64,000 nucleotides of DNA from an uncultured Tenacibaculum sp. (GCA_947504185.1 CANNGJ010000006.1:22797-86796), one strand, 5' to 3'; counted from the first letter of the stretch, positions 1-11,164 are shown. Numbers and translations are program-made. Notes: generated by a model not told the origin, from the letters alone.

Positions 1-221
1 GCTTCCCATAAACGACCATAAGTGGCGTTATTTTTAAATGAAATAATGAACGCTAATGCAGTACCTACCAAACCAATTGGCAACCAAGGCAAATGCAACC
101 AATACCATCGTAAACCTGTGTATAGCAATACCGGGATTAATGATAAAATAATAAAGATATAGATATAGCGACGTGTCCACGACAACATATCTTTAATAGA
201 ATAATTTCTTTTTGTGTACAT
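1..221 (-). CDS. bestrophin-family (YneE/UPF0187-like) ion channel, N-terminal part only; gene runs off the window
   Basis: Not in the ORF track because it is truncated. Reverse translation from the ATG at 221-219 gives MYTKRNYSIKDMLSWTRRYIYIFIILSLIPVLLYTGLRWYWLHLPWLPIGLVGTALAFIISFKNNATYGRLWEA. The LPxxPxxxxGxAL...F(K/R)xNxxYxRxWE pattern is typical of bacterial bestrophin N-termini. Confidence 0.6.
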   Translation of the reverse strand, partial: MYTKRNYSIKDMLSWTRRYIYIFIILSLIPVLLYTGLRWYWLHLPWLPIGLVGTALAFIISFKNNATYGRLWE

Positions 222-278
222 AGTTGATTAATTATAAGCAACTAAAGATAACTATTTATTAAACAATTTTACATTGAA

Positions 279-1214
279 TTATTTACTCCACAAACTATCT
301 GTAAAATAGTGTTTACAATCTAAAAAGTTATAATCTAATTTAAACCCAGTATTCATTGATAGTTCTTCAATTTGGTTGAAGCTATATTTTTTTGAAAGCT
401 CAGTCCATATCAATTCATTAAAATCAAAAGAAAATGTTTTGTTTAAAGAAGTTATATGTACATCTTGCTTTTTAAGACTAACTAAGTAACTTTTTACTTC
501 GCCTGAAATTGGATTATAATGACAATAAAAATCAAATTTATCTAATCTAAAATCTGCTCCTAATTCTTTATTAATTCGATGTAACAAATTCATGTTAAAT
601 GCTTTGGTGATGCCATGTAGGTCGTCATAAGCATTCTTAATAATAATTGGGTTCTTTTGTAAGTCGAAACCAATTAGTAGTTTATCATTGGGGTTTAAAT
701 GACTTTGAACTAAGTTTAAAAAACTTTGCGCATCTTCTTTTTTAAAATTACCAATATTACTTCCTAAAAACAACACTAAACTTGGTATATTATTAGGTAG
801 GTTATTTAATAAATTAAAATAATCTCCTACATGTGATTTTAATTTTATTTCTGGAATTTCTTTTGTTACTTTTTCTGACAAGATATCAATAGCTTTCTTT
901 GAAATATCAACAGGAATATAGGTAAACTCTAAACCGAGCTCTTTAAAGTTTTTTAATAATTTTATTGTTTTATACCCATCACCAGCTCCTAGTTCAATAA
1001 TATTAAAAGGTTTTTTAAAATTTACTTTTTCTGCTATCTGTTTAGCTTGTAATGACAAAATTTCAAATTCAGAATCTGTTAAATAGTATTCTGGCATAGC
1101 CATAATTTCTTGAAAAATTTGACTTCCAATATCGTCATAAAAATATTTTGACGACAAATATTTTGGTGATGCTGACAACCCAGTATCTACATCTTTTTTA
1201 AATTGTTCTAACAT
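279..1214 (-). CDS. egtD: L-histidine N-alpha-methyltransferase (EgtD family, ergothioneine biosynthesis)
   Basis: 311 aa. The N-terminus SPKYLSSKYFYDDIGSQIFQEIMAMPEYYLTDSEFEIL and the ELGAGDGYKT SAM loop match the EgtD/Methyltransf_33 family. The start codon lies 1 nt from the egtB stop. Confidence 0.85.
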   Translation of the reverse strand: MLEQFKKDVDTGLSASPKYLSSKYFYDDIGSQIFQEIMAMPEYYLTDSEFEILSLQAKQIAEKVNFKKPFNIIELGAGDGYKTIKLLKNFKELGLEFTYIPVDISKKAIDILSEKVTKEIPEIKLKSHVGDYFNLLNNLPNNIPSLVLFLGSNIGNFKKEDAQSFLNLVQSHLNPNDKLLIGFDLQKNPIIIKNAYDDLHGITKAFNMNLLHRINKELGADFRLDKFDFYCHYNPISGEVKSYLVSLKKQDVHITSLNKTFSFDFNELIWTELSKKYSFNQIEELSMNTGFKLDYNFLDCKHYFTDSLWSK

Positions 1215-1215
1215 C

Positions 1216-2373
1216 TTATTTTACTAATCGAATTCCTGTAAATTGCCAACGCTCATTCGGGTGAAAAAAATTACGATACGTATATCGACTGTGGTTTGGC
1301 GATGTAGCTACAGAAGCTCCGCGTAATACCATTTGATTTATCATAAATTTACCATTGTATTCTCCAATAGCTCCTGCTGCTTTTTTAAAATTAGGATATG
1401 GTAAATAAGAAGAATACGTCCATTCCCATCGACTTCCCCATTGCAACTGACTTGAAGCAACTTCCCATTCAAATTCGGTAGGTAATCGCATTTGTTTCCA
1501 TTGCGCATATGCATACGCTTCATAAAAACTAACATGGCATACTATTGACTCTATCTCTACTTTTTGCAATCCTGCCAATGTATAATGATGCCACTCATTA
1601 TTTATCTTATGCCAATACAATGGTGCTTTTATTTTATTCTCCTGTACCCAGCTCCAACCTTCATCTAACCATAAATTAAAGTTGGTATATCCACCATCTT
1701 CTATAAATTCAATAAACTCTTTATTTGTTATTAAGGCTTTGCTTATTTGAAATTCGTTTATATACCTTTTATGAGTTCCTAATTCATTGTCGTAAGAAAA
1801 ATCAGTGGTTTTATGCCCAATTTCATAAACTCCCTCTTTAATTTCTATAAACCCAGATGATTCATTTATTGAACTCACTAAGCACTTATTTCCATCATAT
1901 TTAGGAAACGTAGGGTTAGTACCCAACATATACTTAATATCAGTTATTAATAATTCTTGGTGTTGTTGTTCATGATGAATCCCCAATTCAATAACTCCTT
2001 TTAATTCTGAAGAATTATTTTGAGAAAGTAACATATTAATATACTCATTTACATACTTTCTATATTGATAAACTTCTTCTACGTTAGGTCTTGTAATATT
2101 TCCTCTATTTGCTCTAAAAACTCTATCGCCTATATTGTTATAATAACTATTGAATAGGAAACTAAAATCTTGATGAAATACTTTATAATTATTGAAATAC
2201 TTTTTTAATACAAACTCTTCAAAAAACCATGTTGTATGTGCCAAATGCCATTTTGCTGGACTTGCAAATACTGCTGATTGTACCACATAATCTTCTATTT
2301 GTAGAGGTTTACATATCTTTTCTGTATAAGTTCTAACAGAATTATATTGTTCTAGTATGTTGGATTGAGTCAT
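1216..2373 (-). CDS. egtB: sulfoxide synthase EgtB (DinB-like plus FGE-sulfatase domains)
   Basis: AKWHLAHTTWFFE and IHHEQQHQELL (HX3H iron ligands) in a DinB-like N-domain. FGE-sulfatase-type C-domain (RWEWTYSSYLPYP, VLRGASVATS). The ORF opens at 2406, but MTQSNILEQY at 2373 is the likelier start. Confidence 0.85.
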   Translation of the reverse strand: MTQSNILEQYNSVRTYTEKICKPLQIEDYVVQSAVFASPAKWHLAHTTWFFEEFVLKKYFNNYKVFHQDFSFLFNSYYNNIGDRVFRANRGNITRPNVEEVYQYRKYVNEYINMLLSQNNSSELKGVIELGIHHEQQHQELLITDIKYMLGTNPTFPKYDGNKCLVSSINESSGFIEIKEGVYEIGHKTTDFSYDNELGTHKRYINEFQISKALITNKEFIEFIEDGGYTNFNLWLDEGWSWVQENKIKAPLYWHKINNEWHHYTLAGLQKVEIESIVCHVSFYEAYAYAQWKQMRLPTEFEWEVASSQLQWGSRWEWTYSSYLPYPNFKKAAGAIGEYNGKFMINQMVLRGASVATSPNHSRYTYRNFFHPNERWQFTGIRLVK

Positions 2374-2443
2374 AGGCCTTACTAATGTATAAAAAAGATT
2401 CCACAAGTTTTACAACTTGCGAAATCTTGACAAAAAAGGGAAT

Positions 2444-3214
2444 TTAAAATTTTCCTGTATTTGCCCATTCATCTCTAGGAGGAATTGGCTCCATATTATC
2501 CCAATGTTCTACAATTTTTCCATTTTCTATTCTGAAAATATCAAATACAGCTAATTCTGTTCCGTTAAATGTTGCTTTTGAATAGGATACTACATGGTCT
2601 CCTTGTCCTATGATTTTAAAAATAAAATCGTAGTTAAAATCTTGGGTAGCTAAAAAACCTTTCACTGCATCAATACCATTTGGAACTTGCGGATTGTGTT
2701 GTATGTATTTTTCAGTAGAAACATATTTCTCTACTGCATTATGATTTCCATTTTGAAATACATCTGTAATAAAATTGCGCACCAATATTTTATTCTCTGC
2801 GGTTTTATCTAAATCTTTTAATTCAAAATCTCCTAATACTACATCATTACCCGAGACAGTGTCTTTTACTTCGGTATATGCTGCTATGACATCCCAATGT
2901 TCAATCATTCTATTATTTTCATCGGTATCAAACATATCAGTGGTTACCCATTTTGCTTTACCATTGTCTATATCTTGATATACATGAACGAATACATTAT
3001 TTCCATCTTCTATTGCCCTAATTACTCGAATATCACGATCGTTTGTTCTATTCAAGAAATCAGCAAAAAATTCTTTAAATCCTTTTGATCCATCAGGAAC
3101 TCCAGTACTGTGCTGTGTATAACGGTCTCCTGTTAATGTATCAACTACATTAATATGACCTTCTTTAATACCTTTTAAATAAAGGCTTTTTGCATTTTCT
3201 AATTTCTGACTCAT
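2444..3214 (-). CDS. tandem SnoaL-like/NTF2-fold protein (COG4922-type), cytoplasmic
   Basis: Two halves of about 125 aa, each ending in an (I/M)(V/I)EHWD(V/N) motif. No signal peptide. Confidence 0.7.
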   Translation of the reverse strand: MSQKLENAKSLYLKGIKEGHINVVDTLTGDRYTQHSTGVPDGSKGFKEFFADFLNRTNDRDIRVIRAIEDGNNVFVHVYQDIDNGKAKWVTTDMFDTDENNRMIEHWDVIAAYTEVKDTVSGNDVVLGDFELKDLDKTAENKILVRNFITDVFQNGNHNAVEKYVSTEKYIQHNPQVPNGIDAVKGFLATQDFNYDFIFKIIGQGDHVVSYSKATFNGTELAVFDIFRIENGKIVEHWDNMEPIPPRDEWANTGKF

Positions 3215-3237
3215 AATTCTTATTTTATTGGTTAATT

Positions 3238-3696
3238 TTATTTTTCTACTAATGTTAAATCTTCTATTATCCCTCCATCAAATCGTGTAAATTGTTTTTT
3301 TGTTCCGAAGCGAAAAATACCAGAAGAATACATGACATTATTGTTGAAATTGAATATTAAAGTTGTATAATCTGGATGCGATGCTTCTAACCAACTCACG
3401 ATATACATTTTGTCTCCAATTTTTCGGGAACTGTAGGGTAAGTCTTGATTTTTATGTCCTTTTCTTGGACCAACGATCCATTTGTACTTTAGCACTCCTT
3501 TATAAAATTCAATGTGAATTCCTCCTCCATTTTGATAATAATACTTCATTGAGGTACCATCCAATAGATGCTCTGGTTGTTTTGCCTCTGCCTCTTTTCT
3601 TACCTTTTCTAATGAAGATTCTGCTTGCTTTTCTTGTGCAGTTAATGAGCCTAAAAAGGAAGTCATTAACACTAAAACAATTGTTAATTTTTTCAT
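3238..3696 (-). CDS. secreted lipocalin-fold protein, phenolic-acid-decarboxylase/MoaF-like (tentative)
   Basis: Signal peptide MKKLTIVLVLMTSFLGSLTAQ. The mature part (YYYQNGGGIHIEFYKGVLKYKW...MYIVSWLE...LIFNF) parallels the PAD-family strand pattern by eye only. Confidence 0.4.
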   Translation of the reverse strand: MKKLTIVLVLMTSFLGSLTAQEKQAESSLEKVRKEAEAKQPEHLLDGTSMKYYYQNGGGIHIEFYKGVLKYKWIVGPRKGHKNQDLPYSSRKIGDKMYIVSWLEASHPDYTTLIFNFNNNVMYSSGIFRFGTKKQFTRFDGGIIEDLTLVEK

Positions 3697-3707
3697 TGTA
3701 TATTATT

Positions 3708-4580
3708 TTAAGTTTCTATTAATTCTTGCTTACCAACATGGTGAACAATTTCATCAAATTTTAATTTTAAACCATATTTTTCAAGGGAATCTCTTAAAAT
3801 TGGTTCCATTTCTTCTCTATATTTTTTAAGTTGAGATGAAGTATATACTTCTTGAATTTCTTTGCTTTCTTCTTTTAATAATTTATTCATTTTTGGGCGT
3901 ACATATTTAGGAAGATTAAGATACTCTATCTTAATATCTTTTGTTCCAGCCTTACGAATTTCAGAAAATAATTTATCTATTAATTCTGGTTTTAATTTCA
4001 TATGTGGTAAAAAAGGTCCTACAAAAACATAGGTTTTTATACCTGCATCATTTAGCTTTTTTAAAGTTCGTAATCTGGCACTTGCTAGAGGGGCTTGCAC
4101 TTCCAAAAAACGACTTAATTTATCATCTGTTGTAGTAATTGACAATCCAACTTCTAAGTTAGGGATTTTTTTTAATAGCTCTAAATCATCTAAAACCATG
4201 GGCGACTTTGTTAAAATACCTACTCTACCTTGATAGTTATTTTTAGCAAATACTTCTAAAATACCACGAGTGAGCCTATAATTTCTTTCTGCTCCTTGAT
4301 AGGGATCTGTTACTGTACTTAACACCACTCGTGGATGGGGATTTTTTTTCATCAATCGTTTAATATCCTTTTTTATCAACTCTACAGCATTGGTTTTAAT
4401 ATATACATAGTTTCCCCAATTATTGTTGGATTCGCCTACAAAACGTCCCATAAAACTTGCAAAACAATACATACAAGCAAATTGGCAACCTGTATATGGA
4501 TTTATTACATAATCGGCACTAGGAACTTGAGTAGTTCCTATGATAGATTTTGCTTTTATTTCTTTAACTTTAAGTCTCAT
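3708..4580 (-). CDS. radical SAM protein, SplB/COG1533 ('DNA repair photolyase') type
   Basis: CQFACMYC is a CX3CX2C cluster motif about 32 aa from the N-terminus. TIM-barrel length is 290 aa. A 4-nt ATGA overlap links it to the upstream NmrA-like gene. Confidence 0.8.
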   Translation of the reverse strand: MRLKVKEIKAKSIIGTTQVPSADYVINPYTGCQFACMYCFASFMGRFVGESNNNWGNYVYIKTNAVELIKKDIKRLMKKNPHPRVVLSTVTDPYQGAERNYRLTRGILEVFAKNNYQGRVGILTKSPMVLDDLELLKKIPNLEVGLSITTTDDKLSRFLEVQAPLASARLRTLKKLNDAGIKTYVFVGPFLPHMKLKPELIDKLFSEIRKAGTKDIKIEYLNLPKYVRPKMNKLLKEESKEIQEVYTSSQLKKYREEMEPILRDSLEKYGLKLKFDEIVHHVGKQELIET

Positions 4581-5434
4581 CTAATTCCTTTTTTAAATTC
4601 TTCTATCATCTCTAAAGGACTTTTATGCGGCATTCTTGCTACCTTCTCAAAATCAGATTTCACATCAAAACTTCCTTTATTAATGTTTTCATAAATACTA
4701 CCAACTATTGTCCCTAAGTGTTTTCCTAAAACTGATTTTCTATCCTTTAAATATTCTTCTATAGCTATTGATTTATATGTAAGGTTCGTAGCATATACTT
4801 TATTTATACAATCAGCTAATTCTTGTTGTGTAATGGGTTTTCCTAGTAAACTGTACACCTTACTATTATGTTTATCATCAAGAAGCATCTCTGTATATGC
4901 TTTTGCCAATTCATTTCTATTTGTATATCCACATTTACCTGTACCAGCACTATTTATAATTACCCCAATATTTTTATAAGTCTCTATATACTCTAAATCT
5001 GGTTCGATATAAAGGCTATTTCTTCCAATACTCCAATTTATATTGGTATTTATAATATCGGATTCAGTCTGCCGATTACTTTCTAATATGGGTTTAAATG
5101 AAGTGTTTTCAATAGCTCCAATTACACTGGTAAATACTATTTTACTTACCTTATTTCTTTTGGCTGCATTAATTATATTTTGATGTTGTTTTATTCTTAC
5201 TTTTGGAGCGTCTAACCCTGAAATAAGTAAGAGTGTATCAATATCTTGTAAAGCACTCTTAAAATCGATTGGATTATTATAATCTCCTTTTCTAACTTCA
5301 ATATTTAAAAAATTAGTTTTTTCAGGATTTCGGACAATTCCAACTACATTTTCTTTTCCTATTCTTTTAATAAGTTGTTGAATAACTCGACATCCTAACT
5401 GCCCATTCGCTAAAGTAACTGCTACTTTTTTCAT
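4577..5434 (-). CDS. NmrA-like / atypical SDR NAD(P)-binding protein
   Basis: Rossmann-type start MKKVAVTLANGQLG. 285 aa with a YtfG/NmrA-like layout. Its start overlaps the DoxX stop by 1 nt. Confidence 0.8.
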   Translation of the reverse strand: MKKVAVTLANGQLGCRVIQQLIKRIGKENVVGIVRNPEKTNFLNIEVRKGDYNNPIDFKSALQDIDTLLLISGLDAPKVRIKQHQNIINAAKRNKVSKIVFTSVIGAIENTSFKPILESNRQTESDIINTNINWSIGRNSLYIEPDLEYIETYKNIGVIINSAGTGKCGYTNRNELAKAYTEMLLDDKHNSKVYSLLGKPITQQELADCINKVYATNLTYKSIAIEEYLKDRKSVLGKHLGTIVGSIYENINKGSFDVKSDFEKVARMPHKSPLEMIEEFKKGIR

Positions 5435-5757
5435 TATCTCATCAATAGAAAAACTAAAACAGATGATAAAATGCCTAATACAAAAGCAGGGGCTATTGTT
5501 GGTATATTGTGTTTTGTTTTTACATGATTAAACACAGCGCCTATCATTAAAATAATAAGCAGAATTGCTGCATATATTGTTATTGGAGGAATTAACAATC
5601 CTATAGCACATACTACTTCCAAAACACCAACTAATTGTACTCCGAAATCTGGCAGCCCGAATTCTTTAAATTGATCTACCATAGGTTTTGCTTTAAATAT
5701 TTTTACTCCTCCTGCAAGTACAAACGCAATTGCTAAAACTAATTTTAATACTAACAT
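5434..5757 (-). CDS. DoxX-family small membrane protein
   Basis: 107 aa, hydrophobic throughout with 3-4 predicted TM helices. Composition is DoxX-like (KIFKAKPMVDQFKEFGLP loop). Confidence 0.7.
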   Translation of the reverse strand: MLVLKLVLAIAFVLAGGVKIFKAKPMVDQFKEFGLPDFGVQLVGVLEVVCAIGLLIPPITIYAAILLIILMIGAVFNHVKTKHNIPTIAPAFVLGILSSVLVFLLMR

Positions 5758-5876
5758 TTTTATTATTTTTATTTGTTAATGAAAATCAAGGATTGATATA
5801 AGGGGTGTTTATAGATTAGCTTAAGCCTTAATCTTTTTGCTATTAAACAAAATCAACCCTTGACTATAATATTATA

Positions 5877-6755
5877 TTACCACTTGCCGTTTGAGTTTGC
5901 CCAATCTGCTTCTGCTGGAATCGTTTGAACTACATCCCAATGCTCTACAATTTTTCCGTTTTTTAATCGAAACAAATCATAATAAGCAGATGATAAACCA
6001 GAAATGGTATCTGGGAAACCTTGTGACATCATTAATGCAAAATCGCCTTTTACATGTATAAATTTAATTGATTGATAAAAAGGTGTTCCTTCCCCTAAAA
6101 CATTTTGTACAAATCCTTTTAAACCTGCTATATCTGTTCCAGCATTTACACTATGCTGAACAAATTCTGCTTCGTTAAAAAACCTAGTAAAACTACTATC
6201 GCTATATTCTCCTTTTAAGAAAAAGTCTTGCCCAAAAGCTGTTATTAATGTTCTGTTAGCTGTTGTTTGATTCAAATCGGTTACTGGAGTTAATGTACCA
6301 TTTAATTGTGTTGTACTATCTCCATCATTAGATATATTATCTAAATTATCCCAATGTTCAACAATAAGTCCGTTTTCAAAACGAAATACATCAAATACTA
6401 CTTGAGGTGTACCATTATTCCATGTTCCTCCATATTCCGAATGTAAAACAACTATATCGTCATCTTCAAAAGAACGAACTGTATTGATTGTTGTTCCGTT
6501 AAATGCTCCAGATTGTGTTGCTCCAATTACTGCTGCTGCTCCATCTGGATATGATAAATTGTGTTGAATATACGTTGTTGAGCTTATATTTTTTTGCATT
6601 GCAGTTACATCACCACTTTGTATGGCTTGTAAAACAGCTATTGATTTTTCTATGTTAGTTGGTTCTGGTGTTTCGTTATCATCATCATTACAAGCTGTAA
6701 ATAATATTGAAAATGAGATGAAAAACCCTGTTAAAATTAGTTTTGATTTTTTCAT
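5877..6755 (-). CDS. lipoprotein with two SnoaL-like/NTF2-fold domains
   Basis: Start taken at MKKSKLILTGFFISFSILFTAC, which carries a lipobox; the ORF opens at 6818. Both halves carry IVEHWD(N/V). It is a paralogue of 2444-3214. Confidence 0.7.
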   Translation of the reverse strand: MKKSKLILTGFFISFSILFTACNDDDNETPEPTNIEKSIAVLQAIQSGDVTAMQKNISSTTYIQHNLSYPDGAAAVIGATQSGAFNGTTINTVRSFEDDDIVVLHSEYGGTWNNGTPQVVFDVFRFENGLIVEHWDNLDNISNDGDSTTQLNGTLTPVTDLNQTTANRTLITAFGQDFFLKGEYSDSSFTRFFNEAEFVQHSVNAGTDIAGLKGFVQNVLGEGTPFYQSIKFIHVKGDFALMMSQGFPDTISGLSSAYYDLFRLKNGKIVEHWDVVQTIPAEADWANSNGKW

Positions 6756-6857
6756 AATAAAATATTTGTTTTTGTTTAGTACAAATATCTTATCATATAG
6801 ATTTTTACAAAAGGTCAATCCTTTTAAAAAAAAACTAATTATGGTAAATCTTTTAAT

Positions 6858-7736
6858 TTATACAGAAATCAGCCGCTCAGAAAACAGCTTTGGAGAAATT
6901 CCTGTGTGTTTTTTAAAAAATTTCGAAAAATTCGTAGGCTCCTTAAAACCAAGAGAGTATGACACTTCACTAGCATTATTAGTAGGATCTGCTAATAATC
7001 TTTTTGCTTGAAGTATTATAAAACCGTCTATAAATGCTTTTATCGTTTTATTGGTTAATATTTTAACCGTTTTATTTAGCTCATGATAAGATACATTAAG
7101 CATGTCGCAGTAATCTTGTGCGTTTCTTGTTAGTGATATATTTTGGTCTAACTGCTTTTGAAACTCAACAAATAATGTCTCTACTTCTTTTGAAGCGTTG
7201 TTTAAAAGTGAGGGAATAGAATCTTGTATTTTAAGAATCAATACACGAAGTAAACATTGTAATAATTCTTCTTGATTAACTTTAATAGAATGGTTATACT
7301 CATTATATATAAGCTCAAAAAATTGATTAAAAGCCTTAAGGGCTTCTCCTTTAATTTGAAGAATTGGGCTATATAAGTTGTAATTATACGGATATGAGTA
7401 AGACAAATCGTTAAATTGAATTTGATTTTTATACAAAAAAGCTTCGGTAAAGAAAATGATATAACCTTCAATTTCATTCTTTTTTCCCCAAGCATGTACT
7501 TGATTTTTACTTACAAATATTAAACTTCCCTCCTTAAAAGTATGTGGAGTAAAATCTATTATGTGAGTATCTCTTCCTTTAGTTATGTATATAAGTGCAT
7601 AGAATTTTAACCTGTGAGGTTTTGTTCTTTCATCTATTGAATGCTTCGTATAGAAGTATTTTAAATTTATGGCTTCAAAACCTAATTGTTCGTATTCTTT
7701 TCTAAAAAAATATTCTGGAACTTTTTCACGACTCAT
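6858..7736 (-). CDS. AraC-family transcriptional regulator
   Basis: C-terminal double HTH (DYCDMLNVSYHELNKTVK ... ASEVSYSLGFKEPTNFSKFFKKHTGISP). N-terminal cupin-like sensor domain. Confidence 0.9.
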   Translation of the reverse strand: MSREKVPEYFFRKEYEQLGFEAINLKYFYTKHSIDERTKPHRLKFYALIYITKGRDTHIIDFTPHTFKEGSLIFVSKNQVHAWGKKNEIEGYIIFFTEAFLYKNQIQFNDLSYSYPYNYNLYSPILQIKGEALKAFNQFFELIYNEYNHSIKVNQEELLQCLLRVLILKIQDSIPSLLNNASKEVETLFVEFQKQLDQNISLTRNAQDYCDMLNVSYHELNKTVKILTNKTIKAFIDGFIILQAKRLLADPTNNASEVSYSLGFKEPTNFSKFFKKHTGISPKLFSERLISV

Positions 7737-7760
7737 ATTGTAAATATATCAAATAATAGA

Positions 7761-7791
7761 AAACCCTGCATAGTTAAACTATACAGGGTTT
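7761..7791 (-). terminator. hairpin downstream of fadH
   Basis: AAACCCTGCATAG-TTAAA-CTATACAGGGTTT with one mismatch, followed on the minus strand by the T-rich TCTATTATTT. Confidence 0.5.
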
Positions 7792-7814
7792 AATTTTCCT
7801 CTATTATATTTCGC

Positions 7815-9845
<2,031 letters not shown>

Positions 9846-9903
9846 TTATTTTTTAGACACTAATTTCACTAATTAGCTCGAATAATTATTTTGCAGAGTT
9901 TAT

Positions 9904-9925
9904 TTTATTATGCATGCATAATAAA
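9904..9925. promoter_or_regulatory. perfect 22-bp palindrome upstream of fadH (candidate operator)
   Basis: TTTATTATGCA|TGCATAATAAA, 62-83 nt upstream of the fadH ATG at 9842. Confidence 0.35.
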
Positions 9926-10050
9926 TTGCAAGATACAATTTTTTAGAAAACAAAAAACTTGATGATAAAATAGATTTTAGGTTACCTCTCTATCAATTCA
10001 ATAGATAATCGTAATTTTTATATGTTCTAATTTTTTAAATCCTATTATCA

Positions 10051-10518
10051 TTATTCGTTTACTTGTAATGGTATGGTTACGGTCTCTCCTTCTTTATCAT
10101 TCTTTAAACTCCCAACTTTATGATCAAATAATCCATTTAAATTATTACCCGAAGGATACACTTTTGAAACTGTTAAAGGCATTCTTTTCTTTTTAGGAAG
10201 TGAAAATTGTTGTTCTTCCTTTTTACCATCAATAGTTCTTATCAGAACATAATTGGTATTTTCTAATAATGGAAAACTAGGAATAAAGGTAAGTTTGTTT
10301 CCAATTTCATATTTAAACTGTCCTGCTATGGGAGTTTCATTTAATTTACCTTCTCTTTTATTCAAAATATAAATAGCTGATTTCTTATTGTTCAACTCTT
10401 TTGGATACCAGTTATGAAAAATAACTTTATCTTTTCGTACCGTTAATTCTATGTCCTTAGTTGTTGAAGAACAGCTCCAAATAAAAACAATTATTAGTAT
10501 GTATAGGATGTTTTTCAT
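10051..10518 (-). CDS. hypothetical lipoprotein
   Basis: MKNILYILIIVFIWSCSS carries a lipobox. No family recognised. Confidence 0.55.
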   Translation of the reverse strand: MKNILYILIIVFIWSCSSTTKDIELTVRKDKVIFHNWYPKELNNKKSAIYILNKREGKLNETPIAGQFKYEIGNKLTFIPSFPLLENTNYVLIRTIDGKKEEQQFSLPKKKRMPLTVSKVYPSGNNLNGLFDHKVGSLKNDKEGETVTIPLQVNE

Positions 10519-10602
10519 TATTCTTTATCTTATTTATTCAAAGAAAAACCTGAACAAATGTTATATATCTGCTTACAAAAATCTTAATTTTCGATTTCAT
10601 TT

Positions 10603-11160
10603 TTAATACAACCACCTTTTAAATAGCTTAGTTAAGTTTGGCATTAGTACCCATGTTAACAATGCGACTAATGTGACAGTCACAAAAAGTACTTTTAATG
10701 TTAGAGAAAAGGTAGGGAATAATCTTCCATATAATTCAAGCAGTATTAATACCATAGGGAATACGGCAACCCAAGTTAAGATTGCCATTTTCCATTTTGG
10801 AGGTCTTTTGGTTTCACCTGGAGTGGTAAACCAAAAATCAATACCTTCTTGATATTCCAATTGCATTTCTTTTTCAGAAAATGACTTGAGCTTTTTAACC
10901 TCGGTTATTCTTTCTTCTGAATCCATCCAAGCGGTTAAAGTTTCTAAATTTTCAAACTGAAAAGCAACAGTATATTCGTTTGAAGTAGTGCCTATTTTTG
11001 GAGGCACTACATATTTTCCTCTAAACCCTTTGAACGCACTTACTATATTACCAATGTTTTGACTCCATTGTTCGAAGTCTTTTTCTGCTCCCAATTTTAT
11101 AGTGTGCCTGACAATAGTTGTCAAGGGCATATTTTCAGGAAGCTGGTTTATTTCAGACAT
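10603..11160 (-). CDS. ABM (antibiotic-biosynthesis-monooxygenase-like) domain protein with C-terminal membrane anchor
   Basis: A ferredoxin-like ABM segment (TIVRHTIKLGAEKDFEQW...FRGKYVVPP...TVAFQFENLETLTAWMDSEER) followed by two TM helices. The start is set at MSEINQ (11160) so that it does not overlap the upstream stop. Confidence 0.55.
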   Translation of the reverse strand: MSEINQLPENMPLTTIVRHTIKLGAEKDFEQWSQNIGNIVSAFKGFRGKYVVPPKIGTTSNEYTVAFQFENLETLTAWMDSEERITEVKKLKSFSEKEMQLEYQEGIDFWFTTPGETKRPPKWKMAILTWVAVFPMVLILLELYGRLFPTFSLTLKVLFVTVTLVALLTWVLMPNLTKLFKRWLY

Positions 11161-11164
11161 CTTT

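Noticed and set aside
279-2406. Alternative reading of the EgtB/EgtD pair as an ovothiol (OvoA) or selenoneine (SenA) system
   Set aside because: OvoA is a single fusion with a different C-terminal methyltransferase. The selenoneine cluster needs SelD-like and glycosyltransferase partners. None of these is seen here, and the methyltransferase has the EgtD N-terminal signature.
3363-7011. Plus-strand ORFs 3363-3722, 3941-4135, 4335-4694 and 6622-7011
   Set aside because: All are antisense to well-supported minus-strand genes (lipocalin, radical SAM, NmrA, SnoaL lipoprotein, AraC) and encode hydrophobic low-complexity strings.
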